From: Candidatus Microsaccharimonas sossegonensis
Lineage (GTDB): Bacteria; Patescibacteriota; Saccharimonadia; Saccharimonadales; Saccharimonadaceae
DNA: 64,000 bases
Direction of reading: 5' to 3'
Assembly (NCBI GenBank): GCA_004100325.1
Contig: SCKX01000001.1
Location: 291,453-355,452, forward strand
Position numbers and translations under genes: made by a program. Shown here one piece after another: positions 48,425 through 58,078 of the stretch. The notes under the pieces are model-generated. The model was not told the origin of the DNA. It worked only from the letters and a program-made list of their open reading frames with translations, and did no database searches. How positions within the stretch are numbered: position 1 is the stretch's first letter; each line of letters begins with the position of its first letter.

Positions 48425-48970
48425 ATGGCTACAGTTATGGCAAAAGAAGCATCAGAGCCAGCAAAACTTGATTTTGAGGGGCAACGCCCGGGTGAAAAGG
48501 TGTTGTTTGTGTTTCGTCGTCACCTTATTGCGATGCGAAAAGGGTTTTGGCTCCTGCTGATACCTCTGGTGATTACGGCGATTCCACCGCTGATCTGGCA
48601 GTCCAATCTGGAACTCTTTTTACTACCGGTTGGGGGCTTGGTGCTGGGGCTTATCCTGTTTTTTTACCATTATGTGTTGTGGTACTTTACGATTTACCTG
48701 GTAACGAACCAGCGTATCCGTCAGGTGACGCAAAAGGGTGTATTTGGTAAGGATGTGGTTGAGCTTCGGTTGTCAAAGATCCAAAACATAAGCTATAATA
48801 TACCAGGATTCACTGGTGAAATTTTAGGGTTTGGGACTATTGTTATCCAGACATTCGTCGGCGACTTGGTGATTCGAAAGGTCGAACATCCAGAGAAGAT
48901 ATACAACATGTTACAAAACGCCGTTGCGGATGCGATCGAGCAAGGAGATCATGAAGAAATTATTGAATAA
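48425..48970 (+). CDS. Membrane protein with bacterial PH domain (bPH_2-like)
   Basis: Two TM helices, YLVTNQRI, ELRLSKIQNI, LGFGTIVIQT; start uncertain (48425 or 48437). Confidence 0.75.
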   Translation: MATVMAKEASEPAKLDFEGQRPGEKVLFVFRRHLIAMRKGFWLLLIPLVITAIPPLIWQSNLELFLLPVGGLVLGLILFFYHYVLWYFTIYLVTNQRIRQVTQKGVFGKDVVELRLSKIQNISYNIPGFTGEILGFGTIVIQTFVGDLVIRKVEHPEKIYNMLQNAVADAIEQGDHEEIIE

Positions 48971-50015
48971 GATACCGCGTCTAGGCAAGAAAGCTACTCC
49001 TGAGTCTTCGCGTATTACTACTGAAACCATCGCTGAACATCGCGAGCGAATCTTAGCTGGTGGGCGTCGCTTTAAGTACCCAGTTCAGTACGCGCGCCAT
49101 CGCCTTGTGTTTAATGCGATCATTATTACTATTGCGACGCTGATTGTCCTGGTTGGTGTGGGTATTTGGCAACTGTACTCGGTGCAGAACACCAGTGACT
49201 TTATGTACCGCGTAACACGTGTCTTGCCGGTGCCGGTCGCTACAATTGACGGTCAGCCAGTTTTATATAGTGATTATTTGATGAAGTACCGCAGCTCAAT
49301 CCATTATCTTGAGACAAAAGAGCGCGTTAATCTTAAAACACAGGATGGCAAGCGGCAATCTGACTTCGTTAAATCGCAGGCAATGGATGACGCTTTGGCG
49401 GATGCCTATGCAACTAAACTTGCAAAAGATCGCAACATTACCGTTACTGATGCCGAGCTCCAAACGTTCTTAAAACAACAACGAAATTCAACCGACGGTG
49501 AAGTGTCTCAGTCGACCTACGATGCGGTGATCCTCGATTACTACGGTTGGACACCACAAGAATACGCCCGGGCAATGCAGATAAAATTACTACGACAAAA
49601 AGTCTCTTTTGCGATCGATACCGATGCGAACTCGGTCTCGAAGACAGTCGGAGCAACGATTGCTGCTGGTAACACTAACTTGAAAAGCGTGACCGAAACA
49701 GTCAACAAGACAGCGAAAGTCCAGGTTGTGTACGGCGCGCTTGGATTTGTGCCAAAAACTAACCAAGATGGTGGGCTGACCGCTGCTGCGACAAAATTAC
49801 AAAAAGGTCAAATCTCGTCTGTAATACAATCAACAACAGGTGAGGGATACTATTACGTTAAATTACTTGACGTCAATGATACCCAGGTAAATTATGAATA
49901 TGTCCACATCCCATTAACGGCATTTACGAAACAGCTTCAAGCGGCGAAAGACCAGAAAAAAGTTCAAGAGTACATCAAGGTACCTGAGGTGAACACCACG
50001 CCGGCGCAGCAATAG
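48951..50015 (+). CDS. SurA/PrsA-like membrane-anchored chaperone
   Basis: TM anchor, PVATIDGQ, A..RNITVTD.E, parvulin-like GQISSVIQS..GYYYVKL; SD AAGGAG before ATG 48951. Confidence 0.7.
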   Translation: MKKLLNKIPRLGKKATPESSRITTETIAEHRERILAGGRRFKYPVQYARHRLVFNAIIITIATLIVLVGVGIWQLYSVQNTSDFMYRVTRVLPVPVATIDGQPVLYSDYLMKYRSSIHYLETKERVNLKTQDGKRQSDFVKSQAMDDALADAYATKLAKDRNITVTDAELQTFLKQQRNSTDGEVSQSTYDAVILDYYGWTPQEYARAMQIKLLRQKVSFAIDTDANSVSKTVGATIAAGNTNLKSVTETVNKTAKVQVVYGALGFVPKTNQDGGLTAAATKLQKGQISSVIQSTTGEGYYYVKLLDVNDTQVNYEYVHIPLTAFTKQLQAAKDQKKVQEYIKVPEVNTTPAQQ

Positions 50016-50051
50016 TCGTATAATAGATCTAGAACGTAACGGAGGATAACT

Positions 50052-50669
50052 ATGACATTTACAGTACCAGACCTTGGATACGCATACGACGCACTGGGTG
50101 AAAATATTAGCGCCGACATTATGCAGTTGCACCACGACAAGCACCATCAAACCTATGTTGACAAGCTGAATGCAGCAATTGCGACGTACCCTGAACTAGC
50201 AGACAAGACAATCGAAGAACTCCTTGGCAACCTCGGCGCCGTACCGGAAGCTATTCGCGGCGCTGTTCGTAACCATGGTGGCGGGCACTATAATCACAGT
50301 CTTTTCTGGAAAGTCTTGTCACCCATTTCAAGTGGGGGCGGCGGTGAACCAAGTGGTGCATTGCTGGATGGTATCGTTGCGAAGTACGGCTCTTACCAAG
50401 CGTTTACGGATGAATTTAGCGCCAAAGCGCTGGCTGTTTTTGGCAGTGGCTGGGCATGGCTCCAACCTGACCTTTCGATTGTCACAACGGCAAACCAGGA
50501 TGTACCGTTCATGAACGGTCAACCTGAACCAGTTATTGGCCTTGATGTTTGGGAGCACGCCTATTACCTCGATTACAAAAACAAGCGTGACGACTACGTC
50601 AAGGCATTCTGGAACGTTGTTGACTGGAACTTTGCTGCCCAGCGCTACGCACAACTGACGCAAAGCTAA
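50052..50669 (+). CDS. sodA: Superoxide dismutase, Mn/Fe family (Mn-type signatures)
   Basis: HHDKHHQTY, NHGGGHYNHSLFW, GSGWAWL, NQD, DVWEHAYY. Confidence 0.95.
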   Translation: MTFTVPDLGYAYDALGENISADIMQLHHDKHHQTYVDKLNAAIATYPELADKTIEELLGNLGAVPEAIRGAVRNHGGGHYNHSLFWKVLSPISSGGGGEPSGALLDGIVAKYGSYQAFTDEFSAKALAVFGSGWAWLQPDLSIVTTANQDVPFMNGQPEPVIGLDVWEHAYYLDYKNKRDDYVKAFWNVVDWNFAAQRYAQLTQS

Positions 50670-50691
50670 GCTAAGCTACCATTTCCAACCA

Positions 50692-52131
50692 ATGACACCC
50701 CATCCGACTCCCCCAATAATCTACGAGATTAATACGCCAATTTTTTTGCATGAGATAGGTCAGCGAGTTGGGTATCCGGTGACACTTGCTGAAGTCCCAG
50801 ACAAAGAGTGGGACGCCATTGCGCGCCCAGGCGTCAGTATGGTCTGGTTGATGGGGGTATGGAAACGAAGCAGCTTAGCGAGAGAAATGGCAAAGGATGA
50901 GCCATGGCTAAAGAAAACACTGCCTGACATGCAACCCGAGGATCTTCTCGGCTCGGCTTACAGTATTCAAGACTACACCGTCGATGAATTATACGGTGGC
51001 AATGAAGCACTGGCAGTCGCTCGTCGCAAGCTCAAAGAACGGGGAATTGGCATCATGTTGGATTACGTGCCGAATCACGTCGGTATTGATCATCGTTGGG
51101 TCACTGAACACCCAAATTATTTTTTGCCAGGCACTGAACACGAATTAGCCAAACACCCTGAAGCGTTTGTCCAGACAGCCGGCGGCATTTTCGCTAAGGG
51201 AAAAGACCCGAATTTTGATCCGTGGTCAGATGTACTACAGCTAAATGCTTTTTCTGAAGGACTCAGAAATGAAGTAATTTCAACACTATCGTTCATTGCT
51301 AGCATCAGCGACGGTGTTCGGTGTGACATGGCGATGCTGATGATGAATACTATTTTTAAGTCTACATGGGGTACCTGGGCAGGTCCTGCACCTGCGACCG
51401 ACTACTGGCCACACATTATTACGGCAGTTCGCGAAAAAGCACCAGATTTCCTTTTTCTCGCTGAAGTTTATTGGGATAAACAGCAAGATTTGCTCGGTCA
51501 AGGCTTTGATTTTTGTTATGACAAAGACCTCTATGATGATCTTTTAGAAGGCTCGGTGCACCGTATTAGGAATCATCTGCAAGCGCCTGTGGCATATCAA
51601 AATCACTTACTACGTTTCCTTGAAAATCACGATGAAGAGCGTGCTGCCAAAGAATTTACAGTCGCTAAGCAAATGGCAGCTGCTGTCATAATAGCAACAC
51701 TTCCCGGTGCTCATTTATATCATGATGGACAGCGTGAAGGACGGCTAGTGAAGGTACCGGTTCATGTAGGACGTCGCGTCGATGAGCCGGTCAATGAAGC
51801 GATCGCGCTTTTTTATGACAAACTCTGGGCATTCATCGCCCAGAAAAACTTCGTTGTAGGTGAGTGGAACCTTTTACATCCCTTGTCTCGATTCTGGCAC
51901 CGTCCATCGCATCATGTCCTCGCCTGGGAATGGACGAGAGAGACACAACGATACATCATTGCGGTGAATTATAGTCCCCAAAAAGCCCACGTTGCACTGG
52001 ATATTGACCGCAGTAAAGTGGCACATGCCGAAGACATCTTAAACGGTCACGTGAACTGGACTGAGTACATAGATGGTACACGTCTTGCCCTTGATGCGTG
52101 GCAACACATCGTCATAACCTTAGAAAAGTAA
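50692..52131 (+). CDS. Alpha-amylase family glycosidase (GH13)
   Basis: DYVPNH, DGVRCDMA (nucleophile), LAEVYW (acid/base), FLENHDE. Confidence 0.9.
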   Translation: MTPHPTPPIIYEINTPIFLHEIGQRVGYPVTLAEVPDKEWDAIARPGVSMVWLMGVWKRSSLAREMAKDEPWLKKTLPDMQPEDLLGSAYSIQDYTVDELYGGNEALAVARRKLKERGIGIMLDYVPNHVGIDHRWVTEHPNYFLPGTEHELAKHPEAFVQTAGGIFAKGKDPNFDPWSDVLQLNAFSEGLRNEVISTLSFIASISDGVRCDMAMLMMNTIFKSTWGTWAGPAPATDYWPHIITAVREKAPDFLFLAEVYWDKQQDLLGQGFDFCYDKDLYDDLLEGSVHRIRNHLQAPVAYQNHLLRFLENHDEERAAKEFTVAKQMAAAVIIATLPGAHLYHDGQREGRLVKVPVHVGRRVDEPVNEAIALFYDKLWAFIAQKNFVVGEWNLLHPLSRFWHRPSHHVLAWEWTRETQRYIIAVNYSPQKAHVALDIDRSKVAHAEDILNGHVNWTEYIDGTRLALDAWQHIVITLEK

Positions 52132-52141
52132 TCTGCATAAC

Positions 52142-52167
52142 AAAAAACTCCCTATTAGGGAGTTTTT
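52142..52167. terminator. Bidirectional terminator between GH13 and tRNA-Asp
   Basis: AAAAACTCCCTA/TAGGGAGTTTTT. Confidence 0.75.
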
Positions 52168-52180
52168 GCATAATCCATCT

Positions 52181-52258
52181 TGGCGGGCCCGACCGGATTC
52201 GAACCGGCGATCTTCTCCGTGACAGGGAGACGTGATAGGCCAACTTCACTACGAGCCC
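52181..52258 (-). tRNA. tRNA-Asp(GTC)
   Basis: Reverse-complement cloverleaf, anticodon arm TCTCC-CTGTCAC-GGAGA, TTCGAAT, CCA. Confidence 0.95.
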
Positions 52259-52397
52259 ACGCAGTATTCTCTAAAAGATAGTCTTGGCCTAAAGACTCTA
52301 AGGATTTTAGCAGTTTTTCACCCTTATAGCAACCTCCGGTGCAAGCACACTCTCCACTCTCAGCGTTCACATGGTATAATAGCAAGAGTCTGGACGT

Positions 52398-52473
52398 GCC
52401 GTTGTAGCTCAGTTGGTAGAGCGGCGCTTTCGTAAAGCGTAGGTCTCCGGTTCGATCCCGGACAACGGCTCCA
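52398..52473 (+). tRNA. tRNA-Thr(CGT)
   Basis: Acceptor GCCGTTG/CAACGGC, anticodon loop TTCGTAA, discriminator T plus CCA; promoter TG-G-TATAAT 52372-52380. Confidence 0.95.
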
Positions 52474-52479
52474 TATATT

Positions 52480-52860
52480 ATGTTATCTCACACTATCAAA
52501 CAATCCTTCAAAGAACTTATCACCAATCGTTACCTAACGGTGCTGACGGTGATTACCTTGGTACTTGCACTCGGGTTTACTTCTTATATCCTGATTAACG
52601 TTCGCCCCAGTGAGCTTCAGTTAGTGACGCACTACACCGCATTTGGTGTCACGCACCTCTACCGTGACCAGTGGTACTATCTATTTACGTTTGGGGGATT
52701 TGCGCTTTTAGTTGCGTTCTTGCATAGTACTATCGCACTTAAAATGTACCTGACGAAAGGTCATCCGCTAGCTATTATGTTTGCTTGGATGGGAATCGGC
52801 ATCATTATCTTTGCCTGGGTGACCGCAGCCTCAATCATTAACGTGTGGTCACCGGTTTAG
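52480..52860 (+). CDS. Small integral membrane protein
   Basis: Three hydrophobic helices, HYTAFG motif. Confidence 0.65.
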   Translation: MLSHTIKQSFKELITNRYLTVLTVITLVLALGFTSYILINVRPSELQLVTHYTAFGVTHLYRDQWYYLFTFGGFALLVAFLHSTIALKMYLTKGHPLAIMFAWMGIGIIIFAWVTAASIINVWSPV

Positions 52861-52886
52861 GATCCTTAAAAAGGGAGTCGTCACGT

Positions 52887-54551
52887 ATGATTGATCTTGA
52901 GATCCCCTTAGGCAAGCGAACGCGTACCTACCGTTTTTTTGAGATGCTGCCGGCGATTCTGAGCTACGGTGCACTAGTTCTTCTGATTGTTTTATCTTTA
53001 GTATCACCGCTACTGGCTGCGGTGTACTTGATGCTGATCATTGTGACGCTGCTGGTGAAGGCGGTTGGCATCGCGTATCACACCATTGGTGGGCGCAATA
53101 ACCTTGAGCGGGCGCAAAAGATTGACTGGCGTGAACGCTTGAATGATTTTGAAAATCCACAACAATCATACAAGCGACACCTTAAATCGCGCTCAAAAGC
53201 CTTTGGCATGCAGAATCATATTGATAACCTGCGTCTGGCAGCGGCTGATCCCGATGCCTTTCCAAAGCCATCCGAACTCTATAATCTGGTGATCATTGCC
53301 GCCTATAATGAGTCGTACGAAATCATCGGACCAACCATTCAGTCTATTCTGGCGACGACGTATAACAAAAAACGTCTTATCGTGGCGCTTGCCTACGAAG
53401 AGCGGGGCGGTGATGGCATACAAAAGACCGCCGAGCGTCTCCGTACAGAATTTGCGGACAAATTCGTTGATTTCGTCTTAGTAAAGCACCCGCGCGACCT
53501 GCCTAATGAAGTGGTTGGAAAAGGCGGGAACATTACCTATGCTGGCAAATACATGCAGCAGTGGCTGGACAAGAAGGGAATCGCGTATAAGCATGTTCTC
53601 GTTACCACCCTCGACTCTGACAACCACCCGCACGCCGTCTATTTTGACTATGCAATGTATGAATTTGTGGTGCATGAAGACCGAAAACACTTGTCGTTCC
53701 AGCCGATCTCACTCTTTTTGAATAATATTTGGGACGTCCCAGCACTGATGCGCGTTGTCGCTACCGGTAACTCATTTTGGAACATTATTAGCTCGATGCG
53801 TCCGCATGCCCTTCGCAACTTTGCGTCGCATTCCCAACCGATGGAAGCCCTGGTAGAGATGGACTTTTGGAGCACTCGAACGATTGTCGAAGATGGTCAT
53901 CAGTATTGGCGCAGCTATTTTTACTTCAACGGTAATTATGACGTGATTCCACTGTATATTCCGATCTATCAGGATGCCGTGCTCGACTCAACTTATTGGA
54001 AGACGCTAAAAGCCCAGTTTATCCAACTCCGCCGCTGGGCGTACGGCGCGTCAGACGTTCCCTACGTGGCAACACGAGTATTAAGTCGTCAGCGCAATGT
54101 CCCATTTTTTGCGGGCTTCTCACGGCTGTTACGGCTGATTGATGGACACTTAACACTGGCAAGTGTTTCCATTTTGGTCGCTGTCGGGGGCTGGGTACCG
54201 TTATTTATTAATAATCAGGCGTACCGCGATGTCGTCGCGCACCAATTACCAGATATGATTAGTAATATCCAGCGCATTGCCCTGATTGGGCTGTTTATCA
54301 CCGTCTTCTTGTCGTTCAAGATGCTACCGCCGCGACCAGAGCGCTATAAACGTGTTCGTAACATTGGTATGGTGGCGCAGTGGCTACTGATGCCAATATC
54401 CGCTGTAGTCTATAGCGCTGGTTCTGCACTGTATTCACAGGGGCGGCTATTCCTTGGAAAATACCTGACAAAGTTTGATGTCACCAATAAAGAGACCTAT
54501 GTATCGGTATCGGCGCAGCGTGCTAAAGTTGCGCAAAAGAAAAAAGCTTAG
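52887..54551 (+). CDS. Processive glycosyltransferase family 2 (cellulose-synthase-like)
   Basis: GKGGN, TLDSD (DxD), IVEDG, QLRRW (QxxRW), N- and C-terminal TM helices; SD AAGGGAG before ATG 52887. Confidence 0.85.
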   Translation: MIDLEIPLGKRTRTYRFFEMLPAILSYGALVLLIVLSLVSPLLAAVYLMLIIVTLLVKAVGIAYHTIGGRNNLERAQKIDWRERLNDFENPQQSYKRHLKSRSKAFGMQNHIDNLRLAAADPDAFPKPSELYNLVIIAAYNESYEIIGPTIQSILATTYNKKRLIVALAYEERGGDGIQKTAERLRTEFADKFVDFVLVKHPRDLPNEVVGKGGNITYAGKYMQQWLDKKGIAYKHVLVTTLDSDNHPHAVYFDYAMYEFVVHEDRKHLSFQPISLFLNNIWDVPALMRVVATGNSFWNIISSMRPHALRNFASHSQPMEALVEMDFWSTRTIVEDGHQYWRSYFYFNGNYDVIPLYIPIYQDAVLDSTYWKTLKAQFIQLRRWAYGASDVPYVATRVLSRQRNVPFFAGFSRLLRLIDGHLTLASVSILVAVGGWVPLFINNQAYRDVVAHQLPDMISNIQRIALIGLFITVFLSFKMLPPRPERYKRVRNIGMVAQWLLMPISAVVYSAGSALYSQGRLFLGKYLTKFDVTNKETYVSVSAQRAKVAQKKKA

Positions 54552-54599
54552 CCTGACGCCTATGTACGTATTCTGACCGCCTGACTATCAAGAAAGAAT

Positions 54600-54627
54600 A
54601 AAAGACCTCCATTGCTGGAGGTCTTTT
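54600..54627. terminator. Bidirectional terminator
   Basis: AAAAGACCTCCA-ttgc-TGGAGGTCTTTT between GT2 and a convergent small ORF. Confidence 0.8.
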
Positions 54628-54650
54628 GGATTGAAATCTGGTGTTATTGC

Positions 54651-54776
54651 TTAGATCGTACGAATACGAACTTCGCGTTTAATCTCTTGAAGCGTCTTAT
54701 TGTACTCGAAACCGAGTGAAAATCGTTCAAGAGCTGAGGCTTTTTGGTTTGATTCAATCTGTTGTTTCTTAACCAT
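54651..54776 (-). CDS. 41-aa small protein not in the ORF track (MVKKQQIESNQKASALERFSLGFEYNKTLQEIKREVRIRTI)
   Basis: Minus-strand TTGACA(54811-54806)-17-TAATAT(54788-54783)-6-ATG; terminator immediately after the stop. Confidence 0.65.
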   Translation of the reverse strand: MVKKQQIESNQKASALERFSLGFEYNKTLQEIKREVRIRTI

Positions 54777-54969
54777 GCACTCATATTAGCATAAAGGGAA
54801 TACATTGTCAATGGTACAGCTTTTCGTTTATGATATCACCTGTGATATAAATATTTCACGTGAGTGAAAAATAGGGTCGAAAAGGGTAGTGGAAAAATAC
54901 TTGTGGCTATGGGGAAAAGAAAACCACCCCTGTAATCAATGATTATATGGAGTGGTTCATACATACATA

Positions 54970-55046
54970 TGGTGGGTCCTAGAGGATTTGAACCTCTCAC
55001 CTCCTCAACGTCAATGAGGCGCTCTAGCCAAATGAGCTAAGGACCC
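54970..55046 (-). tRNA. tRNA-Val(GAC)
   Basis: Reverse-complement cloverleaf, anticodon arm CCTCA-TTGACGT-TGAGG, TTCAAAT, CCA. Confidence 0.95.
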
Positions 55047-55144
55047 ATATTTTTCCTGGGTTGCTAGTAAAGCTTTATAATCGTAGCAGAATAGGGGTAA
55101 GGAATCAATAAACCCCTGTAAATAGGGGATAATGGTGTATAATA

Positions 55145-55336
55145 ACGAACAGAGTGATGACGAAGCCTAACCATCTTCTGAACTCCGTGGGTGTGTGGAT
55201 GTACGAAACGTCCCTTATGAGTAAAAGTCCGGTGGAACCGTCTGACCCTAAGTTGGACCCGAGACATACGCTATAAAGATTCAACCCCTTATGAATAGGG
55301 TGACGAACCTCATTATCGTATGTTTTATTTTTTATT
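55145..55336 (+). promoter_or_regulatory. T-box riboswitch leader of thrS
   Basis: Antiterminator CGG-[TGGAACC]-GTC...GAC-CCG (55230-55261); UGGA matches the UCCA end of tRNA-Thr; short stem I (GATG/CATC, GAG/CTC); overlapping terminator ACATACG...CGTATGT plus T tract. Confidence 0.75.
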
Positions 55337-55360
55337 AAGAATTAAAGAGGAGAATAAGCA

Positions 55361-57172
55361 ATGAACGACGAACAATTACACGCAATGCGTCACAGCCTGG
55401 CACATATTACCGCTGCAGCGGTACAACGTATCTGGCCAGATGCGAAGTTCGGCGTTGGTCCAGTGGTTGAAAACGGCTTCTATTACGATATCGACCTAGG
55501 TGAGCGCAAGATATCTGAGGCAAATTTTCCAAAAATCGAAAAAGAAATGCACGGCATCATTCACTATGGTGACGATTTCGAGAGGTTTGAGATGCCAATT
55601 GACCAAGCAATTGATTGGTCAAAGCAGAACAACCAACCGTACAAAGAAGAGCTTTTGAACGATTTGAAGCGATCAGGCACGACGGTTGCCAAAGATTTGG
55701 ATGCGGCGGAACTAGGACTGGCCACAGAAGGCGACGCGGCAGTCGAAAACGTGTCGTTTTATAAGAATGGCAACTTTGTTGATCTGTGTCGCGGTCCGCA
55801 CGTCGCAAATACTAAGGATGTGGGGGCGTTTAAGCTACTCCGCGTCGCCGGAGCTTACTGGCGTGGGAACGAAAAGAATCCTCAGATGCAACGATTGTAC
55901 GGTGTCGCCTTTTCGACTCAAGAAGAACTTGATCTGCACCTAGAGCGCCTTGAGCAGGCCAAGCTTCGTGATCACCGAAAGCTTGGGAAAGAGCTTGATC
56001 TCTATGCCGTATCACCACTTGTTGGTGCAGGACTCCCGCTATTTACCCCAAAAGGTACGGTGCTTCGGGAAAAGCTTACACATTATGCCGAACAACTTCG
56101 TCGTGAGGGTGGTTTTAACCGAGTAAGTATTCCGCATATCGGAAAAACAGACCTGTATAAGGTATCTGGCCATTGGAATAAGTTTGGCGACGAGTTGTTC
56201 TTGGTGGAAAGCCAAGAAACGAGTGACAACTTCGTTTTGAAGCCGATGAACTGTCCGCACCACAATCAAATTTACGCGAGTCAGCCTCGAAGCTATCGAG
56301 ACCTTCCGGTTCGTTATTTTGAAACAACGACGGTGTATCGTGATGAGAAAACTGGTGAACTGGGTGGGTTGAATCGGGTACGTTCGATCTCGCAAGATGA
56401 CAGCCATGTGTACGCTCGCCACGATCAAATCGATGCCGAGGTAGGAAAGCTCGTCAAAGACATCCACAAATTGTATGGCCTTCTAGGGATGAGCCTTCGT
56501 GCACGCTTGAGCTTCCGCGACGAAACTGATAAATATCTTGGCGAACAAAGTCTATGGGATGATGCGCAAGCGACGATCTCGAAACTTGCTGAAGAAAACC
56601 AACTAGACTACTTTGTAGCGGCAGGTGAAGCAGCTTTTTATGGTCCAAAGATCGACTTCATGGCAACCGATGCTATTGGACGAGAACACCAAGTTGCCAC
56701 AATTCAGCTCGACTTCGTTCAGCCAGAGCGATTCAAGCTAGAGTATCGTGATGCAGAAGGCAGCGTTGCTCGACCAGTTATGATCCACTGTGCGCTGCTT
56801 GGCTCGATCGAAAGATTCCTTAGTGTCTACATAGAACACACCGCAGGCTGGTTTCCGTTCTGGGTTGCTCCAGAGCAAATCCGTATCCTTACCATCAACG
56901 ATCAAGTGCTGCCGTATGTCGACGACATAAAAACTGTTTTGGACAGCACCGTTTTGATGCAACCACTGAAATACAACGAACTTCGCTACACATTGGATGA
57001 TCGCAACGAATCGCTGGGCAAGAAGATCCGCGAAGCAACAAACGGGAAGATTCCAGTGCAGCTGATCGTTGGTCCACAAGATCAAGCGGCACGACAGGTG
57101 AGTGTGCGAACACAGGCTGGTGAAGAGAAGGTTTCCCTCGAAATGCTTGAGAATTACTTACGGAACTTGTAA
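55361..57172 (+). CDS. thrS: Threonine--tRNA ligase (no N-terminal TGS domain)
   Basis: RHSLAH, DLCRGPH, RDHRKLG, KPMNCP, YRDE, FYGPKID, TIQLDF, GSIERF. Confidence 0.98.
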   Translation: MNDEQLHAMRHSLAHITAAAVQRIWPDAKFGVGPVVENGFYYDIDLGERKISEANFPKIEKEMHGIIHYGDDFERFEMPIDQAIDWSKQNNQPYKEELLNDLKRSGTTVAKDLDAAELGLATEGDAAVENVSFYKNGNFVDLCRGPHVANTKDVGAFKLLRVAGAYWRGNEKNPQMQRLYGVAFSTQEELDLHLERLEQAKLRDHRKLGKELDLYAVSPLVGAGLPLFTPKGTVLREKLTHYAEQLRREGGFNRVSIPHIGKTDLYKVSGHWNKFGDELFLVESQETSDNFVLKPMNCPHHNQIYASQPRSYRDLPVRYFETTTVYRDEKTGELGGLNRVRSISQDDSHVYARHDQIDAEVGKLVKDIHKLYGLLGMSLRARLSFRDETDKYLGEQSLWDDAQATISKLAEENQLDYFVAAGEAAFYGPKIDFMATDAIGREHQVATIQLDFVQPERFKLEYRDAEGSVARPVMIHCALLGSIERFLSVYIEHTAGWFPFWVAPEQIRILTINDQVLPYVDDIKTVLDSTVLMQPLKYNELRYTLDDRNESLGKKIREATNGKIPVQLIVGPQDQAARQVSVRTQAGEEKVSLEMLENYLRNL

Positions 57173-57780
57173 TGACAAAGAAGAAGATAGCAATCGACAT
57201 CGACGACGTCATCGCTGACACAAATGAGGCGATGCGTCTTTGGGCTAATCTAGTGAGCGGTGTCGAACTTTTACCGGAACATTACAATGTTAAAGGTGAA
57301 TACTGGTCATATTACGAGCGAATATGGGCAACACATAATATAGATGATCGGCTTAACTTTGATGATTTTGAAGCAGAACTTATAGAGGACCAGATGCATG
57401 TTCCGCTAATCGCAAGTGCTGCGTTTGCGGTTAAAGAACTTCGCGATCGCTATTCGGTTGTCCTGTTAACCTCTCGCAATCCTGCGCTTGAGGATGGAAC
57501 AAAGCGATGGCTGAAAGAGCATATTGAGGATGATATCGAGGTATTCTTTGCAAAAAACGTTCGCATGAACATAGGCAAATCAAAGGGCGATCTATGTAAA
57601 GAGATGGGTGTGTCACTACTCATTGACGATAATATTGATCACTGTCAAAGTGCAATCGAAAACGGTATTGAAGCAATTCTTTTTGGAAACTATGGATGGC
57701 AAACAGCAACACCTGAAGGTGCAGTGAACTGTAAGGACTGGCCAGCTGTGTTGGAGTATCTTGATGGCCGAGCTAAGTAG
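57172..57780 (+). CDS. HAD-family 5'(3')-nucleotidase-like protein
   Basis: IDIDDVIAD, LTSR, K...C, LIDDN. Confidence 0.8.
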   Translation: MTKKKIAIDIDDVIADTNEAMRLWANLVSGVELLPEHYNVKGEYWSYYERIWATHNIDDRLNFDDFEAELIEDQMHVPLIASAAFAVKELRDRYSVVLLTSRNPALEDGTKRWLKEHIEDDIEVFFAKNVRMNIGKSKGDLCKEMGVSLLIDDNIDHCQSAIENGIEAILFGNYGWQTATPEGAVNCKDWPAVLEYLDGRAK

Positions 57781-58078
57781 TCAATTCCGAAAAGACGTCC
57801 AAGCTCTCATAACAAAAGTGCCAAAAGGCAAAGTCACGACCTACGGTGACCTGGCGGCAATGGCGGGACATCCATACGCCGCTCGTGTTGTTGGTGGTTT
57901 GGCACATTATGGCGACACGGAATTGCCGTGGCATCGATTGGTGAACCGATTTGGCGGTCTTGCTAGTGGCTACTACGGGGGCAGGGAACTTCAAGAGCAG
58001 CATCTTCTAGCTGAAGGCATTAGCTGTACCAATTTTATAGTAGATAACTTTAAGGAGCTTCGATGGCTACCAGGCTAG
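57764..58078 (+). CDS. Alkyltransferase-like protein (Atl/YbaZ type)
   Basis: VPKGKVTTYGDLA, ARVVG, PWHRLV (Trp in place of the catalytic Cys of PCHRV). Confidence 0.85.
   Translation: MAELSSQFRKDVQALITKVPKGKVTTYGDLAAMAGHPYAARVVGGLAHYGDTELPWHRLVNRFGGLASGYYGGRELQEQHLLAEGISCTNFIVDNFKELRWLPG

Noticed and set aside
52155-52435. ORFs 52155-52385(-) and 52232-52435(+)
   Set aside because: They overlap tRNA-Asp, tRNA-Thr and their promoters, so they are incidental.
55064-55267. 67-aa minus-strand ORF upstream of thrS
   Set aside because: It is antisense to the T-box leader, which explains the sequence.
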